In this document: in pieces, positions 1 to 7,217 of the stretch | How the letters are laid out: each line of letters opens with the position of its first letter | How positions within the stretch are numbered: the stretch's first letter is position 1 | Source of the DNA: a virus | Lineage: Duplodnaviria; Caudoviricetes | Direction: 5' to 3' (one strand) | DNA: 41,333 bases | IMG/VR virus record: IMGVR_UViG_3300032280_000028 | Location: 1-41,333 of that record | Notes under the pieces: model-generated | Seen by the model: only the letters and a program-made list of their open reading frames with translations | Told to the model about the DNA's origin: nothing | Database searches by the model: none | Made by a program: the position numbers and the translations under genes

Positions 1-123
1 AGTAGGTATTGCTGGTAAGAACTGGCATTGTCGCTTCGTTCATCTCAGCCAAAAGACTGTCGTACTCCTCAAAGGTATAGCCTGTTCCGTCTAACTCCGG
101 CAGAGCTTCGAGAAGTTTGGCTA
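1..123. repeat. 123-bp terminal direct repeat, left copy (circular assembly overlap)
   Basis: Identical to 41211-41333 (agtaggtattgctgg...agaagtttggcta); joining the ends restores one reading frame. Confidence 0.95.
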
Positions 124-418
124 ATTGCTCGTTATCGTAAGTGCCGTTATCGCTTGTTCGGTTATCTATGGCCACGATCTTTGCTGCGGTCGTATCATCT
201 ACATTGACATACACCACATCTATATCGGCCCAACCAAGAGACTGAGCAGCTTGATAAGTGTGATTGCCGGCTAGGATCTCTCCTGTGGCCTCATTGACTG
301 TGATTGGCTTGTATTGGCCGTAACGCTCAAGAGACTCGGCAATTAGATCTACATTACCTTTGCGCGGGTTATTTCTGTATAACTTTAGATCCGTCAGCGA
401 TACTTTCTTGATCTCCAC
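1..418 (-). CDS. ParB/Srx-like N-terminal domain protein, 5' part (continues across the join to 40954; 224 aa in total)
   Basis: Not in the ORF track. Manual translation from GTG at 418 after GGAGG: MEIKKVSLTDLKLYRNNPRKGNVDLIAESLERYGQYKPITVNEATGEILAGNHTYQAAQSLGW...DNRTSD, with ParB-N motifs NPR, G-x-x-x-PI, GNH. In frame with ORF 40954..41262. Confidence 0.85.
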   Translation of the reverse strand, partial: MEIKKVSLTDLKLYRNNPRKGNVDLIAESLERYGQYKPITVNEATGEILAGNHTYQAAQSLGWADIDVVYVNVDDTTAAKIVAIDNRTSDNGTYDNEQLAKLLEALPELDGTGYTFEEYDSLLAEMNEATMPVLTSNTY

Positions 419-426
419 TTTGCCTC

Positions 427-615
427 CTAGATATATGACTCTGCCTTTAATTGTAATCTTACATCGAGCAACTCATCTACCGACTCAAGCAATAGCGCTC
501 TTTTTTGATGAGTGAGCCGGTTGCCGTAACGATCTTGTAGAAGCTCTCTCACATGGGCCAGCGCCTCGTCAATCTCCTCGATTGTAACGATCTCTGGATC
601 AGCAAGAATAGTCAT
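427..615 (-). CDS. hypothetical protein (62 aa)
   Basis: ORF packed co-directionally between neighbours. Confidence 0.7.
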   Translation of the reverse strand: MTILADPEIVTIEEIDEALAHVRELLQDRYGNRLTHQKRALLLESVDELLDVRLQLKAESYI

Positions 616-624
616 AACTACATA

Positions 625-813
625 CTACAATTTATTACGCTTCGTGCGCTTTTCTTTGTATGCCTCAACCTCGGCTTTGTCGTAATAGACATTGCGCCCA
701 GTCTTTTTTACCCATACAAGAGACTTGCGATATTGCATCTGTCGCAAATTATTCATAGTGATCTCAAGATCGTTGGCGACTTCCTGAGCGCTTATTAGTG
801 ACTCATCTACCAT
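625..813 (-). CDS. excisionase/MerR-like helix-turn-helix DNA-binding protein
   Basis: LISAQEVANDLEITMNNLRQ...GRNVYYDKAEVEAY pattern. Confidence 0.7.
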   Translation of the reverse strand: MVDESLISAQEVANDLEITMNNLRQMQYRKSLVWVKKTGRNVYYDKAEVEAYKEKRTKRNKL

Positions 814-1178
814 GGCGCGGTCTCCTCCTCTACGGAGCGAGACTTTTTATTATCTGCTTTTGGAGCAACATAAATATCTGTCGCGTTGATCTCAAGATTG
901 GTTTTTTCTACGCCGTCTTTATTGGTGTAGGTAGATTGCTTCCAAGATCCGACTACAAAGACTTTGTCGCCTTTGCGAACTAGATCTACAAGCTGCTCAG
1001 CCTTCTCGCCAAATTGGACTACGCGGAACCACATTGTGTCGCCGTCAATCCATTGTTCGCCTTGCTTTGTGCGAGGCGTATAGGCAAGGCTAAAAGTAGC
1101 CCAAGCTTTGTTAAGTTTTGAGAACTTGATTTCCGGATCTGTTCCTACATTACCTTTGATCTGAATAGGGATACTCAT
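807..1178 (-). CDS. ssb: single-stranded DNA-binding protein
   Basis: GNVGTDPEIKF, TMWFRVVQFGEKAE, KGDKVFVVG, acidic tail ending APW. Confidence 0.93.
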   Translation of the reverse strand: MSIPIQIKGNVGTDPEIKFSKLNKAWATFSLAYTPRTKQGEQWIDGDTMWFRVVQFGEKAEQLVDLVRKGDKVFVVGSWKQSTYTNKDGVEKTNLEINATDIYVAPKADNKKSRSVEEETAPW

Positions 1179-1509
1179 TTTTACCTTCCTCTAACATTAT
1201 TATCGAACCATCGTTGTTTAATAGAACCCAAGATCCGTCAGGCCGAAGGAACGGAGTCTCTTGGGGTTCTTTCCAAGAGGAGACCATGTGCCCTCGATCT
1301 TCTGCAATAGCGGGATTAAGGTGGATACTATCCGAGTCTAGGTTATGACACCCGTGATGAACTCGAATTAGGTTTGCCGGCGTGTCTTTACCGCCCCGGC
1401 TCTTTAGTTTTCTATGGTGCAAAGCCATCATCGTAGAAGCAGGTCTCCCGCAAACTTCGCAGTAAAACCCGGCCCTTTCTTCGACTATTTTGACTATCGC
1501 CTTGTCCAT
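1150..1509 (-). CDS. HNH endonuclease
   Basis: CEVCG...LHHRKLKSRGGKDTPANLIRVHHGCH. Confidence 0.85.
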   Translation of the reverse strand: MDKAIVKIVEERAGFYCEVCGRPASTMMALHHRKLKSRGGKDTPANLIRVHHGCHNLDSDSIHLNPAIAEDRGHMVSSWKEPQETPFLRPDGSWVLLNNDGSIIMLEEGKNEYPYSDQR

Positions 1510-1528
1510 AGGGCCGATAGTAATCTAT

Positions 1529-1618
1529 TTATTCGTCTTCGTCATCTTCCCACTCAGAGGGATCTACCCCGGGAATATCGACACGAAGCGGTAAGCCAAA
1601 CGGCGAGTCAAAAGACAT
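1529..1618 (-). CDS. small acidic peptide (29 aa)
   Basis: Manual: MSFDSPFGLPLRVDIPGVDPSEWEDDEDE; ATG overlaps the upstream TGA. Confidence 0.5.
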   Translation of the reverse strand: MSFDSPFGLPLRVDIPGVDPSEWEDDEDE

Positions 1619-2016
1619 CAGTACCAACCTCTCTTTTGCCAGAAGCTCCAAGCCCGGCAGGGATTGGAATAGCGGTGCTTAATATATTTGATCCCACGAT
1701 CTATTTGCTTTGTGTGAGGCATTGCTGGATCGAGTCCAAGGATCTGAGGAATACCTCCGGCGTTCAGGCCATTGACCTTGACCGGGTTGAAAGCGCGTGG
1801 GTTCCACGCAGACTCTTTGCCCCAGAGCTTCGACAAACACCCAAAATGACTCGCGCCCCACTCGGCTTTTACCAATTTCAACGCATATGCCTTCGGAGTC
1901 ATAGCCAAAAGGCGTTGCTCGTAATTCATATTTGGAGCTTCGGCCTCAGCGTGGGGAATAACTACAAATCCAACCGCAAGAACGGCTGCTAAAAGGATTT
2001 GTTTAATGCGAGTCAG
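1618..2016 (-). CDS. secreted lytic transglycosylase (SLT-like, actinobacterial type); probable CTG start at 2016, first ATG at 1929
   Basis: LWGKESAWNP, GIPQ, QIDRGIKYIKHRY..PCRAW...GWY motifs; the open frame upstream of the ATG encodes signal-peptide-like TRIKQILLAAVLAVGFVVIPHAEA. Confidence 0.8.
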   Translation of the reverse strand: MTRIKQILLAAVLAVGFVVIPHAEAEAPNMNYEQRLLAMTPKAYALKLVKAEWGASHFGCLSKLWGKESAWNPRAFNPVKVNGLNAGGIPQILGLDPAMPHTKQIDRGIKYIKHRYSNPCRAWSFWQKRGWY

Positions 2017-2019
2017 GCT

Positions 2020-2109
2020 TTACTCGTTCCGCCCCTTTCGGCAGACTCCGCAGAGCTGATCTCCATAATGCCAAGCCCCGTATGTGCATCTCGATAGTTC
2101 GTTGTCCAT
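2020..2109 (-). CDS. Cys/His-containing micro-protein (29 aa)
   Basis: Manual: MDNELSRCTYGAWHYGDQLCGVCRKGRNE, preceded by GAGAGGAAAAG. Confidence 0.5.
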   Translation of the reverse strand: MDNELSRCTYGAWHYGDQLCGVCRKGRNE

Positions 2110-2155
2110 GTTCTTTTCCTCTCGGTTGGTAATGGATCGTGCTAATTCTAGCCTT

Positions 2156-2350
2156 TTATACCGGCAAGTAGGCCGTAAAGACTTTCACTATTTTCTGGCC
2201 GTTAGGCTCAACTAGCGTAATTGACCGGTCATATTTGGCCAATCCTGAGTCTGTGAATTTATCAAAAGCATGAACCGCGCTGACGCAATCGGAGTAGCTC
2301 TGAGTCCAAGTAATTTGTCCGTCTTCTTCTGCCGTGATCTGATACATCAT
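2156..2350 (-). CDS. hypothetical protein (64 aa)
   Basis: ORF with ATGA overlap to the upstream gene. Confidence 0.7.
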   Translation of the reverse strand: MMYQITAEEDGQITWTQSYSDCVSAVHAFDKFTDSGLAKYDRSITLVEPNGQKIVKVFTAYLPV

Positions 2351-2559
2351 GCCTCCTCTGAGTAGCCGTAAGTGTGATTACATTTTGGGCAAGTCACATC
2401 GCAATCTACATTACCCCGGTCGTCTGTCTCAAAATCTTGATCCCAATAATGATCGCAAGGCTTAGCGTTCTCTTCACTAAGACACTCCTCGCACCGCTCA
2501 TCGCAAACTATCTCTCGAGTTACTGTTTCCGAATAAATCCCTGATCCGATCATGCTCAT
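2347..2559 (-). CDS. Zn-binding hypothetical protein (70 aa)
   Basis: CDERCEEC...C..CPKC motifs; overlapping junctions. Confidence 0.7.
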   Translation of the reverse strand: MSMIGSGIYSETVTREIVCDERCEECLSEENAKPCDHYWDQDFETDDRGNVDCDVTCPKCNHTYGYSEEA

Positions 2560-2672
2560 CAGATATCATCCCAACAGGTTTCGCAAACCTTCCAATCGGC
2601 GAATCTGATCAATGTCTCAGATCCAACCTCGGTTTCGCATCGTGTGCATTTCTCAAGATCGTCTTCAATCAT
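2559..2672 (-). CDS. Zn-finger micro-protein (37 aa)
   Basis: Manual: MIEDDLEKCTRCETEVGSETLIRFADWKVCETCWDDI; overlaps both neighbours. Confidence 0.6.
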   Translation of the reverse strand: MIEDDLEKCTRCETEVGSETLIRFADWKVCETCWDDI

Positions 2673-2794
2673 TTCTCAAGATCCTTCACCGCAGCTTGAT
2701 AGCCAGCATCGAACGCCATGCGTAGGTTATAGACATTTTGATAGGCCTCGACTTTATCCCACCACTCAAAAAACGCTTTTTCCTGTTCGTTCAT
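2669..2794 (-). CDS. hypothetical micro-protein (41 aa)
   Basis: Manual: MNEQEKAFFEWWDKVEAYQNVYNLRMAFDAGYQAAVKDLEK; ATGA overlaps at both ends. Confidence 0.6.
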   Translation of the reverse strand: MNEQEKAFFEWWDKVEAYQNVYNLRMAFDAGYQAAVKDLEK

Positions 2795-3045
2795 GATAGA
2801 AGCTCTTTCATCATCTCGTTGAGCGCTTTGTAATCTAATTGGTCGCTCTTGTATTTAATTCGATCCGGGGTAGTTTGCGTATCTAACCCGCAGCTCTTGA
2901 TGAAATTAAGGTACGGGTGCTTACTTTTCGGGTGAGCCTTCATAAACTCGACCGCTCCTCGATAGAGAGCTTCGTCATTGTTAATCGTAAGCGACACATT
3001 CCAAGTCGCTCTGTTTTTCCAGCCGTTGTATTCTTCTTCAGTCAT
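2791..3045 (-). CDS. conserved phage hypothetical protein (YNGWxNxxTW family)
   Basis: YNGWKNRATWNVSLTINNDEALY motif typical of small phage early proteins; GGAAGG leader. Confidence 0.75.
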   Translation of the reverse strand: MTEEEYNGWKNRATWNVSLTINNDEALYRGAVEFMKAHPKSKHPYLNFIKSCGLDTQTTPDRIKYKSDQLDYKALNEMMKELLS

Positions 3046-3187
3046 TAGGATTGCCTTCCTTGAATATATCTTGATAGATTAAATGGGTACACATCTCGCA
3101 CTCATAGACTGCGCTATTGTCCGAGGCTATGTAGATTATTAATTTGTTTATGACTCCTCCGCGAGATCCGCACCAGAGACATTTCAC
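3038..3187 (-). CDS. Zn-finger micro-protein (49 aa)
   Basis: Manual from GTG: MKCLWCGSRGGVINKLIIYIASDNSAVYECEMCTHLIYQDIFKEGNPND. Confidence 0.55.
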   Translation of the reverse strand: MKCLWCGSRGGVINKLIIYIASDNSAVYECEMCTHLIYQDIFKEGNPND

Positions 3188-3375
3188 GAATGAGCCTTTA
3201 CCACGCTAACTGTTTTGCCCTCTACGCCGTAAAGCCTCAGAGCTTCGTCAAGATCTAGCATTAGCCGAATCTTGGCAAGCGCCTGAACATAAGAGATCTG
3301 AGAGCCATACGGAACTTCGGAGTATTTATTTAGATCGGTTGGAAGATCTACTTCCACTACGGCTTTGAACTTCAC
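3184..3375 (-). CDS. hypothetical protein (63 aa)
   Basis: 3' part of ORF 3184..3459; GTG at 3375 overlaps the upstream stop. Confidence 0.65.
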   Translation of the reverse strand: MKFKAVVEVDLPTDLNKYSEVPYGSQISYVQALAKIRLMLDLDEALRLYGVEGKTVSVVKAHS

Positions 3376-3521
3376 TATTTGCCTCCCCACATCTGCGCCA
3401 ATTCCTGCGCGGTTATTTGACGATTGGCCTCCGGCGAGATCGCCCAGCACTCGAGGCACAGGCCTCCCGGGAATACCGCCAACCGATCTACTTCTGTTCT
3501 ACATTGTGTGCAGATCTCCAT
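3375..3521 (-). CDS. Zn-finger micro-protein (48 aa)
   Basis: MEICTQCRTEVDRLAVFPGGLCLECW...; TAATG coupling with the upstream gene. Confidence 0.65.
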   Translation of the reverse strand: MEICTQCRTEVDRLAVFPGGLCLECWAISPEANRQITAQELAQMWGGK

Positions 3522-3667
3522 TACTTTTCTCCAAAGTGGCACTCGATCATTGAACCCCAGCAATAGTGATCTCCAACCCACCAGAGATTGCCGGAGATCT
3601 GCCAAATCGCCAAAGCTCCAAGAAGGATTGCTATGGCCCGTACTCGCTTACCGCGTTTTGTGATCAT
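3521..3667 (-). CDS. small membrane protein (48 aa)
   Basis: Manual: MITKRGKRVRAIAILLGALAIWQISGNLWWVGDHYCWGSMIECHFGEK (basic N-terminus, one TM helix, two Cys). Confidence 0.65.
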   Translation of the reverse strand: MITKRGKRVRAIAILLGALAIWQISGNLWWVGDHYCWGSMIECHFGEK

Positions 3668-3669
3668 CT

Positions 3670-3732
3670 TTACGCCTTTCCGTGATCTTTAGTAGAGTGA
3701 TATTTTGATCCGCATTTCATACACATAATCAT
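3670..3732 (-). CDS. possible 20-aa Zn-knuckle-like peptide
   Basis: Manual: MIMCMKCGSKYHSTKDHGKA (C-x2-C-x4-H-x4-H); fills the gap between genes exactly. Confidence 0.4.
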   Translation of the reverse strand: MIMCMKCGSKYHSTKDHGKA

Positions 3733-4064
3733 TAGATCTCCCTCACGATCCATTGGTGGCCGTTAAATAGATAGAGATACTCAAGACCGGCACTCTCAGC
3801 CCAATTGATCCATCCATCTTCGTTGGACCAGAGATTGGCCTTTGTGTTCTCGCCTCGCCAAGAGTTATAGAACCGGCTCTCTGCGATAGTCGTAGTTAAA
3901 AAAGAGACATCACCCTCAGCGAACATCGCCTCGATCGTCTCAACGCTTGAGTAATTATTTGTTAGAAGCTTGAGCATATAACTCGGATAGCCGTCTGAGT
4001 GCGAATAAATAGATTTGATTTGGCCGTCTTCTGTGACGCGAGCAATTGAGGCGCGGGTACTCAT
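3732..4064 (-). CDS. conserved phage hypothetical protein (YxHxDGYP family)
   Basis: MSTRASIA...SIYSHSDGYPSY...EYLYLFNG; start at 4064 coupled to the upstream stop. Confidence 0.75.
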   Translation of the reverse strand: MSTRASIARVTEDGQIKSIYSHSDGYPSYMLKLLTNNYSSVETIEAMFAEGDVSFLTTTIAESRFYNSWRGENTKANLWSNEDGWINWAESAGLEYLYLFNGHQWIVREI

Positions 4065-4336
4065 TACGCGCTCGCCTTCACATAGACACGAACACATCTA
4101 GTACCTGTTCCATTTTCGAGATCGTAGCAACCCTCGCCATGACCGAAATCGTAAAACACGACTTTGGAGAAATCGGCATTTAATATACGGCGAATACGAG
4201 TCTGCCCCGCCTTGGACTGCGCATCGGCATAGTTGCCGGCGCAACCGCAAGCGCAACCGGTCTTTCCGTTGTAGGTATCTGTCGCGTATTTTTCAATCGC
4301 ATCGCACATAGCGTCATAAGTAGAAGGAGTAATCAT
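4064..4336 (-). CDS. hypothetical protein with GCxCGCxG motif
   Basis: TYNGKTGCACGCAGNY; TAATG junctions. Confidence 0.7.
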   Translation of the reverse strand: MITPSTYDAMCDAIEKYATDTYNGKTGCACGCAGNYADAQSKAGQTRIRRILNADFSKVVFYDFGHGEGCYDLENGTGTRCVRVYVKASA

Positions 4337-4572
4337 TACGCACCGGCCTTCGCTGGATCGTATGAATAATTGTGTTCCGAGAATTTGTGAGATTGAACTT
4401 CATCAATTACGCATGACTTGATCGCTCCGCCGGTGACTGTTTTCCAACCGCAAGAACATTCTGCGTCAAAACCCCAAGTGCCACGCATTGATGACTCGTA
4501 AGGGATCTTTTCGTCACCTGAATAAACAAACCACTTGATTCTTACTTTTGTATCTGTCGCATAGATCTTCAT
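4336..4572 (-). CDS. hypothetical protein with CxCGW..H..H motif (78 aa)
   Basis: Start MKIYATD at 4572 behind GGAAGG; AECSCGWKT...HKFSEH. Confidence 0.7.
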   Translation of the reverse strand: MKIYATDTKVRIKWFVYSGDEKIPYESSMRGTWGFDAECSCGWKTVTGGAIKSCVIDEVQSHKFSEHNYSYDPAKAGA

Positions 4573-4597
4573 AGCTTGGATTGCCTTCCAATTGATA

Positions 4598-4652
4598 ATT
4601 GGAGGGAGATCCTCCAATAGCTCTATTATGAGGATTACAATAAAAAAGGCAA
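4598..4652 (-). promoter_or_regulatory. putative sigma70-type promoter plus downstream inverted repeat
   Basis: Minus strand TTGCCT-16 nt-CATAAT in an AT-rich gap; ATTGGAGG-N5-CCTCCAAT at 4598-4618. Confidence 0.5.
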
Positions 4653-4675
4653 GGATCTTTCGGCGATAATTTCGG

Positions 4676-5047
4676 CTACTTTTTAGCGATAAAGACCTGC
4701 ACGCCGGGGCGGTCTCCATACTCCTTCGAGGCCGTTATCAGGGTCACTTGTGCATCATCTCGGTAGGCGATAGCCGTAAGGCCGTCTAAGACCGCTCTAA
4801 CGAGTTTATCGAGGTCTGGAGGAACAGACGGCTCGAGGCGGGTCACAGTCCGAGGCCGGGCCATTATGAAGATCAGGCGGATCTCCACCGGGTCGCCGTG
4901 AGGCTTAGCGCCGGCGTATTTGGCCGATAGGCCGATAGCGGATCTCCAAGCTGCGAGCGCTGATCCTTGCGAGTGGATTATGTTTCCGTGAATGACTTTC
5001 ATCGACCCTTGAGGGATCGGTTTGCCATCGACTCGGAAAGTAATCAC
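4676..5047 (-). CDS. rusA: RusA-family Holliday junction resolvase
   Basis: GKPIPQGS...PPDLDKLVRAVLDGLT..AYRDDAQV. Confidence 0.92.
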   Translation of the reverse strand: MITFRVDGKPIPQGSMKVIHGNIIHSQGSALAAWRSAIGLSAKYAGAKPHGDPVEIRLIFIMARPRTVTRLEPSVPPDLDKLVRAVLDGLTAIAYRDDAQVTLITASKEYGDRPGVQVFIAKK

Positions 5048-5232
5048 ATAATTATTCTAACCGGATTATTTACAATTTCGAATTTAGCATTTCCTTGATC
5101 GTCAATTAACGATACATCAAAAGTTCCAATTCGATCCGGGCCATCTACAAACTTAACGCTCCAAACATGATTGTCTGGAGTCACTAACTGATCACCCGGT
5201 TGCAGAGCTTCTGGCGAGATTAAGCGTTCCAT
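5044..5232 (-). CDS. hypothetical protein (62 aa)
   Basis: ORF with AAGGGG RBS, overlapping the rusA start. Confidence 0.65.
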   Translation of the reverse strand: MERLISPEALQPGDQLVTPDNHVWSVKFVDGPDRIGTFDVSLIDDQGNAKFEIVNNPVRIIM

Positions 5233-5271
5233 TATTTCCCCTTGTCGTAATGGTTACGGAAATTGTAACAG

Positions 5272-6075
5272 TTACGGAGATCTGCGCAACAGTTTGCGTA
5301 ATTCTTCCGGCATAGGAACGGCTCGTAATCTTGCCTCCTCCTGCTCCTTCCAATATTCCGCTGCCTTAGCCTTCTCGATCTCTGCCCTTTTGCGAGCTTC
5401 TAATGCCTCTCTCGCGTTCTTTTCTTCCTTACTCAACTCTCGTTCTGGCAAAGGTTGATCGGCCCACCTACCGGCGTTCAGCCAAGTCGTAGGGTGTGCC
5501 GTATATGCATCGACTCGGTTGGGATCTTCGGCATATCTCGTAGCTCCGGCGATCAAGGTTGCTAAGTCTGTTTCGCTCAGCGCTTTATTAAACGCGTCTT
5601 TGGCTTTCTTCTTTCCAACCTTGACTGGATAAATAGACCAAAAGAGATCGAACGCATTGGTTGTTTCTAAGGGTGGTTCTAAAGGAAGGTTCTTAGGTCG
5701 TGAGAGTCGCCCCGTGTTGGTCGTCAAAGTCGCCCCGTCTAAGTCGTCAAAGTCGCCTCGTTTGGAACGAGTAGTCTCTTTGTCGCCCCGTAGTTTATGT
5801 AATTGGATCGTGTATCGGTGAGGCCGGCGATCTTCTCGACAAGTCGCTGAGCCTCCCTTGTGCTTCTCCATACGCAAATAACCCTGTATTACTAGGCTAT
5901 TGATTGACCTTTGAACAGTCCGAATCGAGACAGAGGCTTTTTTAGCAATCGTAGCTTGAGAAGGCCAAGCCTCTGATCCGTCATCGTTAGCGTGATCGGC
6001 TATGACTAGGAGGATCATTTTCTCTATGGTCGGCAGAGTTGTGCGCCACACATCTGTCATCAGCCTAATACTCAT
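5272..6075 (-). CDS. phage replication initiator-like protein (N-terminal winged HTH)
   Basis: KMILLVIADHANDDG..AWPSQATIA, FDLFWSIYPVKVGKKKAKDAF, HPTTWLNAGRW; internal DNA repeats. Confidence 0.8.
   Translation of the reverse strand: MSIRLMTDVWRTTLPTIEKMILLVIADHANDDGSEAWPSQATIAKKASVSIRTVQRSINSLVIQGYLRMEKHKGGSATCREDRRPHRYTIQLHKLRGDKETTRSKRGDFDDLDGATLTTNTGRLSRPKNLPLEPPLETTNAFDLFWSIYPVKVGKKKAKDAFNKALSETDLATLIAGATRYAEDPNRVDAYTAHPTTWLNAGRWADQPLPERELSKEEKNAREALEARKRAEIEKAKAAEYWKEQEEARLRAVPMPEELRKLLRRSP
5706..5791. repeat. iteron-like direct repeats, candidate replication origin
   Basis: GTCGCC(C/T)CGT at 5706, 5729, 5752 and 5782; two copies extend to TCGTCAAAGTCGCC. Confidence 0.6.
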
Positions 6076-6413
6076 TTCTTGCTGGCCTCCAAGCAGCTCT
6101 GGATCACCTCAAGAGAGATCCCGTATTGGCTTAAATCGTCTAGCGCTCGCCGGCGTTGCGCGGGATAGGCCTCCGGCTCATCCATTGCCTTTCGCTCTAC
6201 GCTAGTCAGACCGCCCCACACTCCGTACCTCTCATGAGCAAAAGCGTAGGTCAGGCAATCTTTCATAATAGGACATCGAACGCAGATAGATCTAACGGCG
6301 TTGATATAGTTATAGGCATAGGCGTTGCGCTCCTCCTCGACATCGTAGAACATCTCAATTTGGCTATCCCAACACTCTGCCTTATCCCAATCTACTTGGC
6401 GGAACTCGGGCAT
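6072..6413 (-). CDS. whiB: WhiB-family Fe-S transcription regulator
   Basis: W..AEC...ICVRCPIMKDCL.YA...ERYGVWGGLTSVER. Confidence 0.93.
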   Translation of the reverse strand: MPEFRQVDWDKAECWDSQIEMFYDVEEERNAYAYNYINAVRSICVRCPIMKDCLTYAFAHERYGVWGGLTSVERKAMDEPEAYPAQRRRALDDLSQYGISLEVIQSCLEASKK

Positions 6414-7063
6414 CCAATCTCTCCTGACGGGTCGTAGAAATTACAATACTTAGAACAGAACGCAACTCTTTCCTCCGGCGCGGGTGCGGGAGCTTCGGTG
6501 GCTACGATCTCTTTGATCGAGTTCAACCAAACAAGAGCAGTAGAGGCTATCTGAGGATCGTAAGCTTCTCTATGTACCCGTATCTCAGCCATTACTCCGT
6601 CTCGAGGAATTGCTACCAACGAGACTTCTTTGACCTCGTATCCGTTTTGCGCGAGTAACCAGCCATAGACCTGAACCTGCCAGCGCTGCTGCTCAGAAGG
6701 GAAGTAGCGTAGGGATTTTACCTTTGTAGTTTTCCAATCAACTACCAGACCTTCATCTTTAATATACAGGTCAATGTGGCCCTTCATATCACCGGATTTG
6801 ACTTCGATTTCGGTCAGATAATTATCTCCAAAAGGATCTTCCCGCCTGATTGCTTCCTCAACTCCTGAGTGAATAAAAGTGCCGAGGATCGCAGCAAGCG
6901 ACTCTGTGCTTGGATTTGTAACCGGAGTTTGCTTGAGATCGTGATACACGCGCCTTCTGCAACCTCCCAATGATGAAGGCCCAATCTCGATCTGCATTGA
7001 CCGATCTCGAGTCTCATCAAAGCCTTTAAGTGATTTCGTTAATAGATCTTTGGGATCAATCAT
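6392..7063 (-). CDS. PD-(D/E)xK exonuclease, Cas4/RecB-like
   Basis: IGPSSLGGCRRR, GHIDLY, VVDWKT, QVQVYG, C-terminal C..YC.....C; probable start MIDPK at 7063. Confidence 0.85.
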   Translation of the reverse strand: MIDPKDLLTKSLKGFDETRDRSMQIEIGPSSLGGCRRRVYHDLKQTPVTNPSTESLAAILGTFIHSGVEEAIRREDPFGDNYLTEIEVKSGDMKGHIDLYIKDEGLVVDWKTTKVKSLRYFPSEQQRWQVQVYGWLLAQNGYEVKEVSLVAIPRDGVMAEIRVHREAYDPQIASTALVWLNSIKEIVATEAPAPAPEERVAFCSKYCNFYDPSGEIGCPSSAK

Positions 7064-7217
7064 CAAGCTGCTCCTCATCTAGTTCGCTGACGCTATCGGC
7101 GATAGACGCGGTTATATTCGAGATCTCTTTCTGAGCCGTATCTCGATCGACATTGTGCTTCTTGATATAGGCCTCAATCATTGCCTCGTAAAGATTTTGA
7201 TTTAAGTGTTCAGTCAT
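7056..7217 (-). CDS. hypothetical protein (53 aa)
   Basis: Manual: MTEHLNQNLYEAMIEAYIKKHNVDRDTAQKEISNITASIADSVSELDEEQLDD; overlaps both neighbours. Confidence 0.6.
   Translation of the reverse strand: MTEHLNQNLYEAMIEAYIKKHNVDRDTAQKEISNITASIADSVSELDEEQLDD

Noticed and set aside
625-813. Excisionase-like HTH as evidence of a temperate lifestyle
   Set aside because: No integrase, repressor cassette or ParA recognised in an apparently complete genome.
1414-1992. Long plus-strand ORFs in the track (also 21098..21649, 28476..29018, 33826..34548 and similar)
   Set aside because: Antisense shadows of well-supported minus-strand genes, without recognisable motifs.
2647-2683. 14-nt direct repeat CATTTCTCAAGATC (2647 and 2670)
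   Set aside because: Only two copies at a gene junction, both encoding DLEK; most likely a local micro-duplication.
6392-7063. Cas4-like nuclease as part of a CRISPR-Cas system
   Set aside because: No repeat-spacer array or other cas genes seen; it sits with the annealing protein as an ordinary recombination exonuclease.
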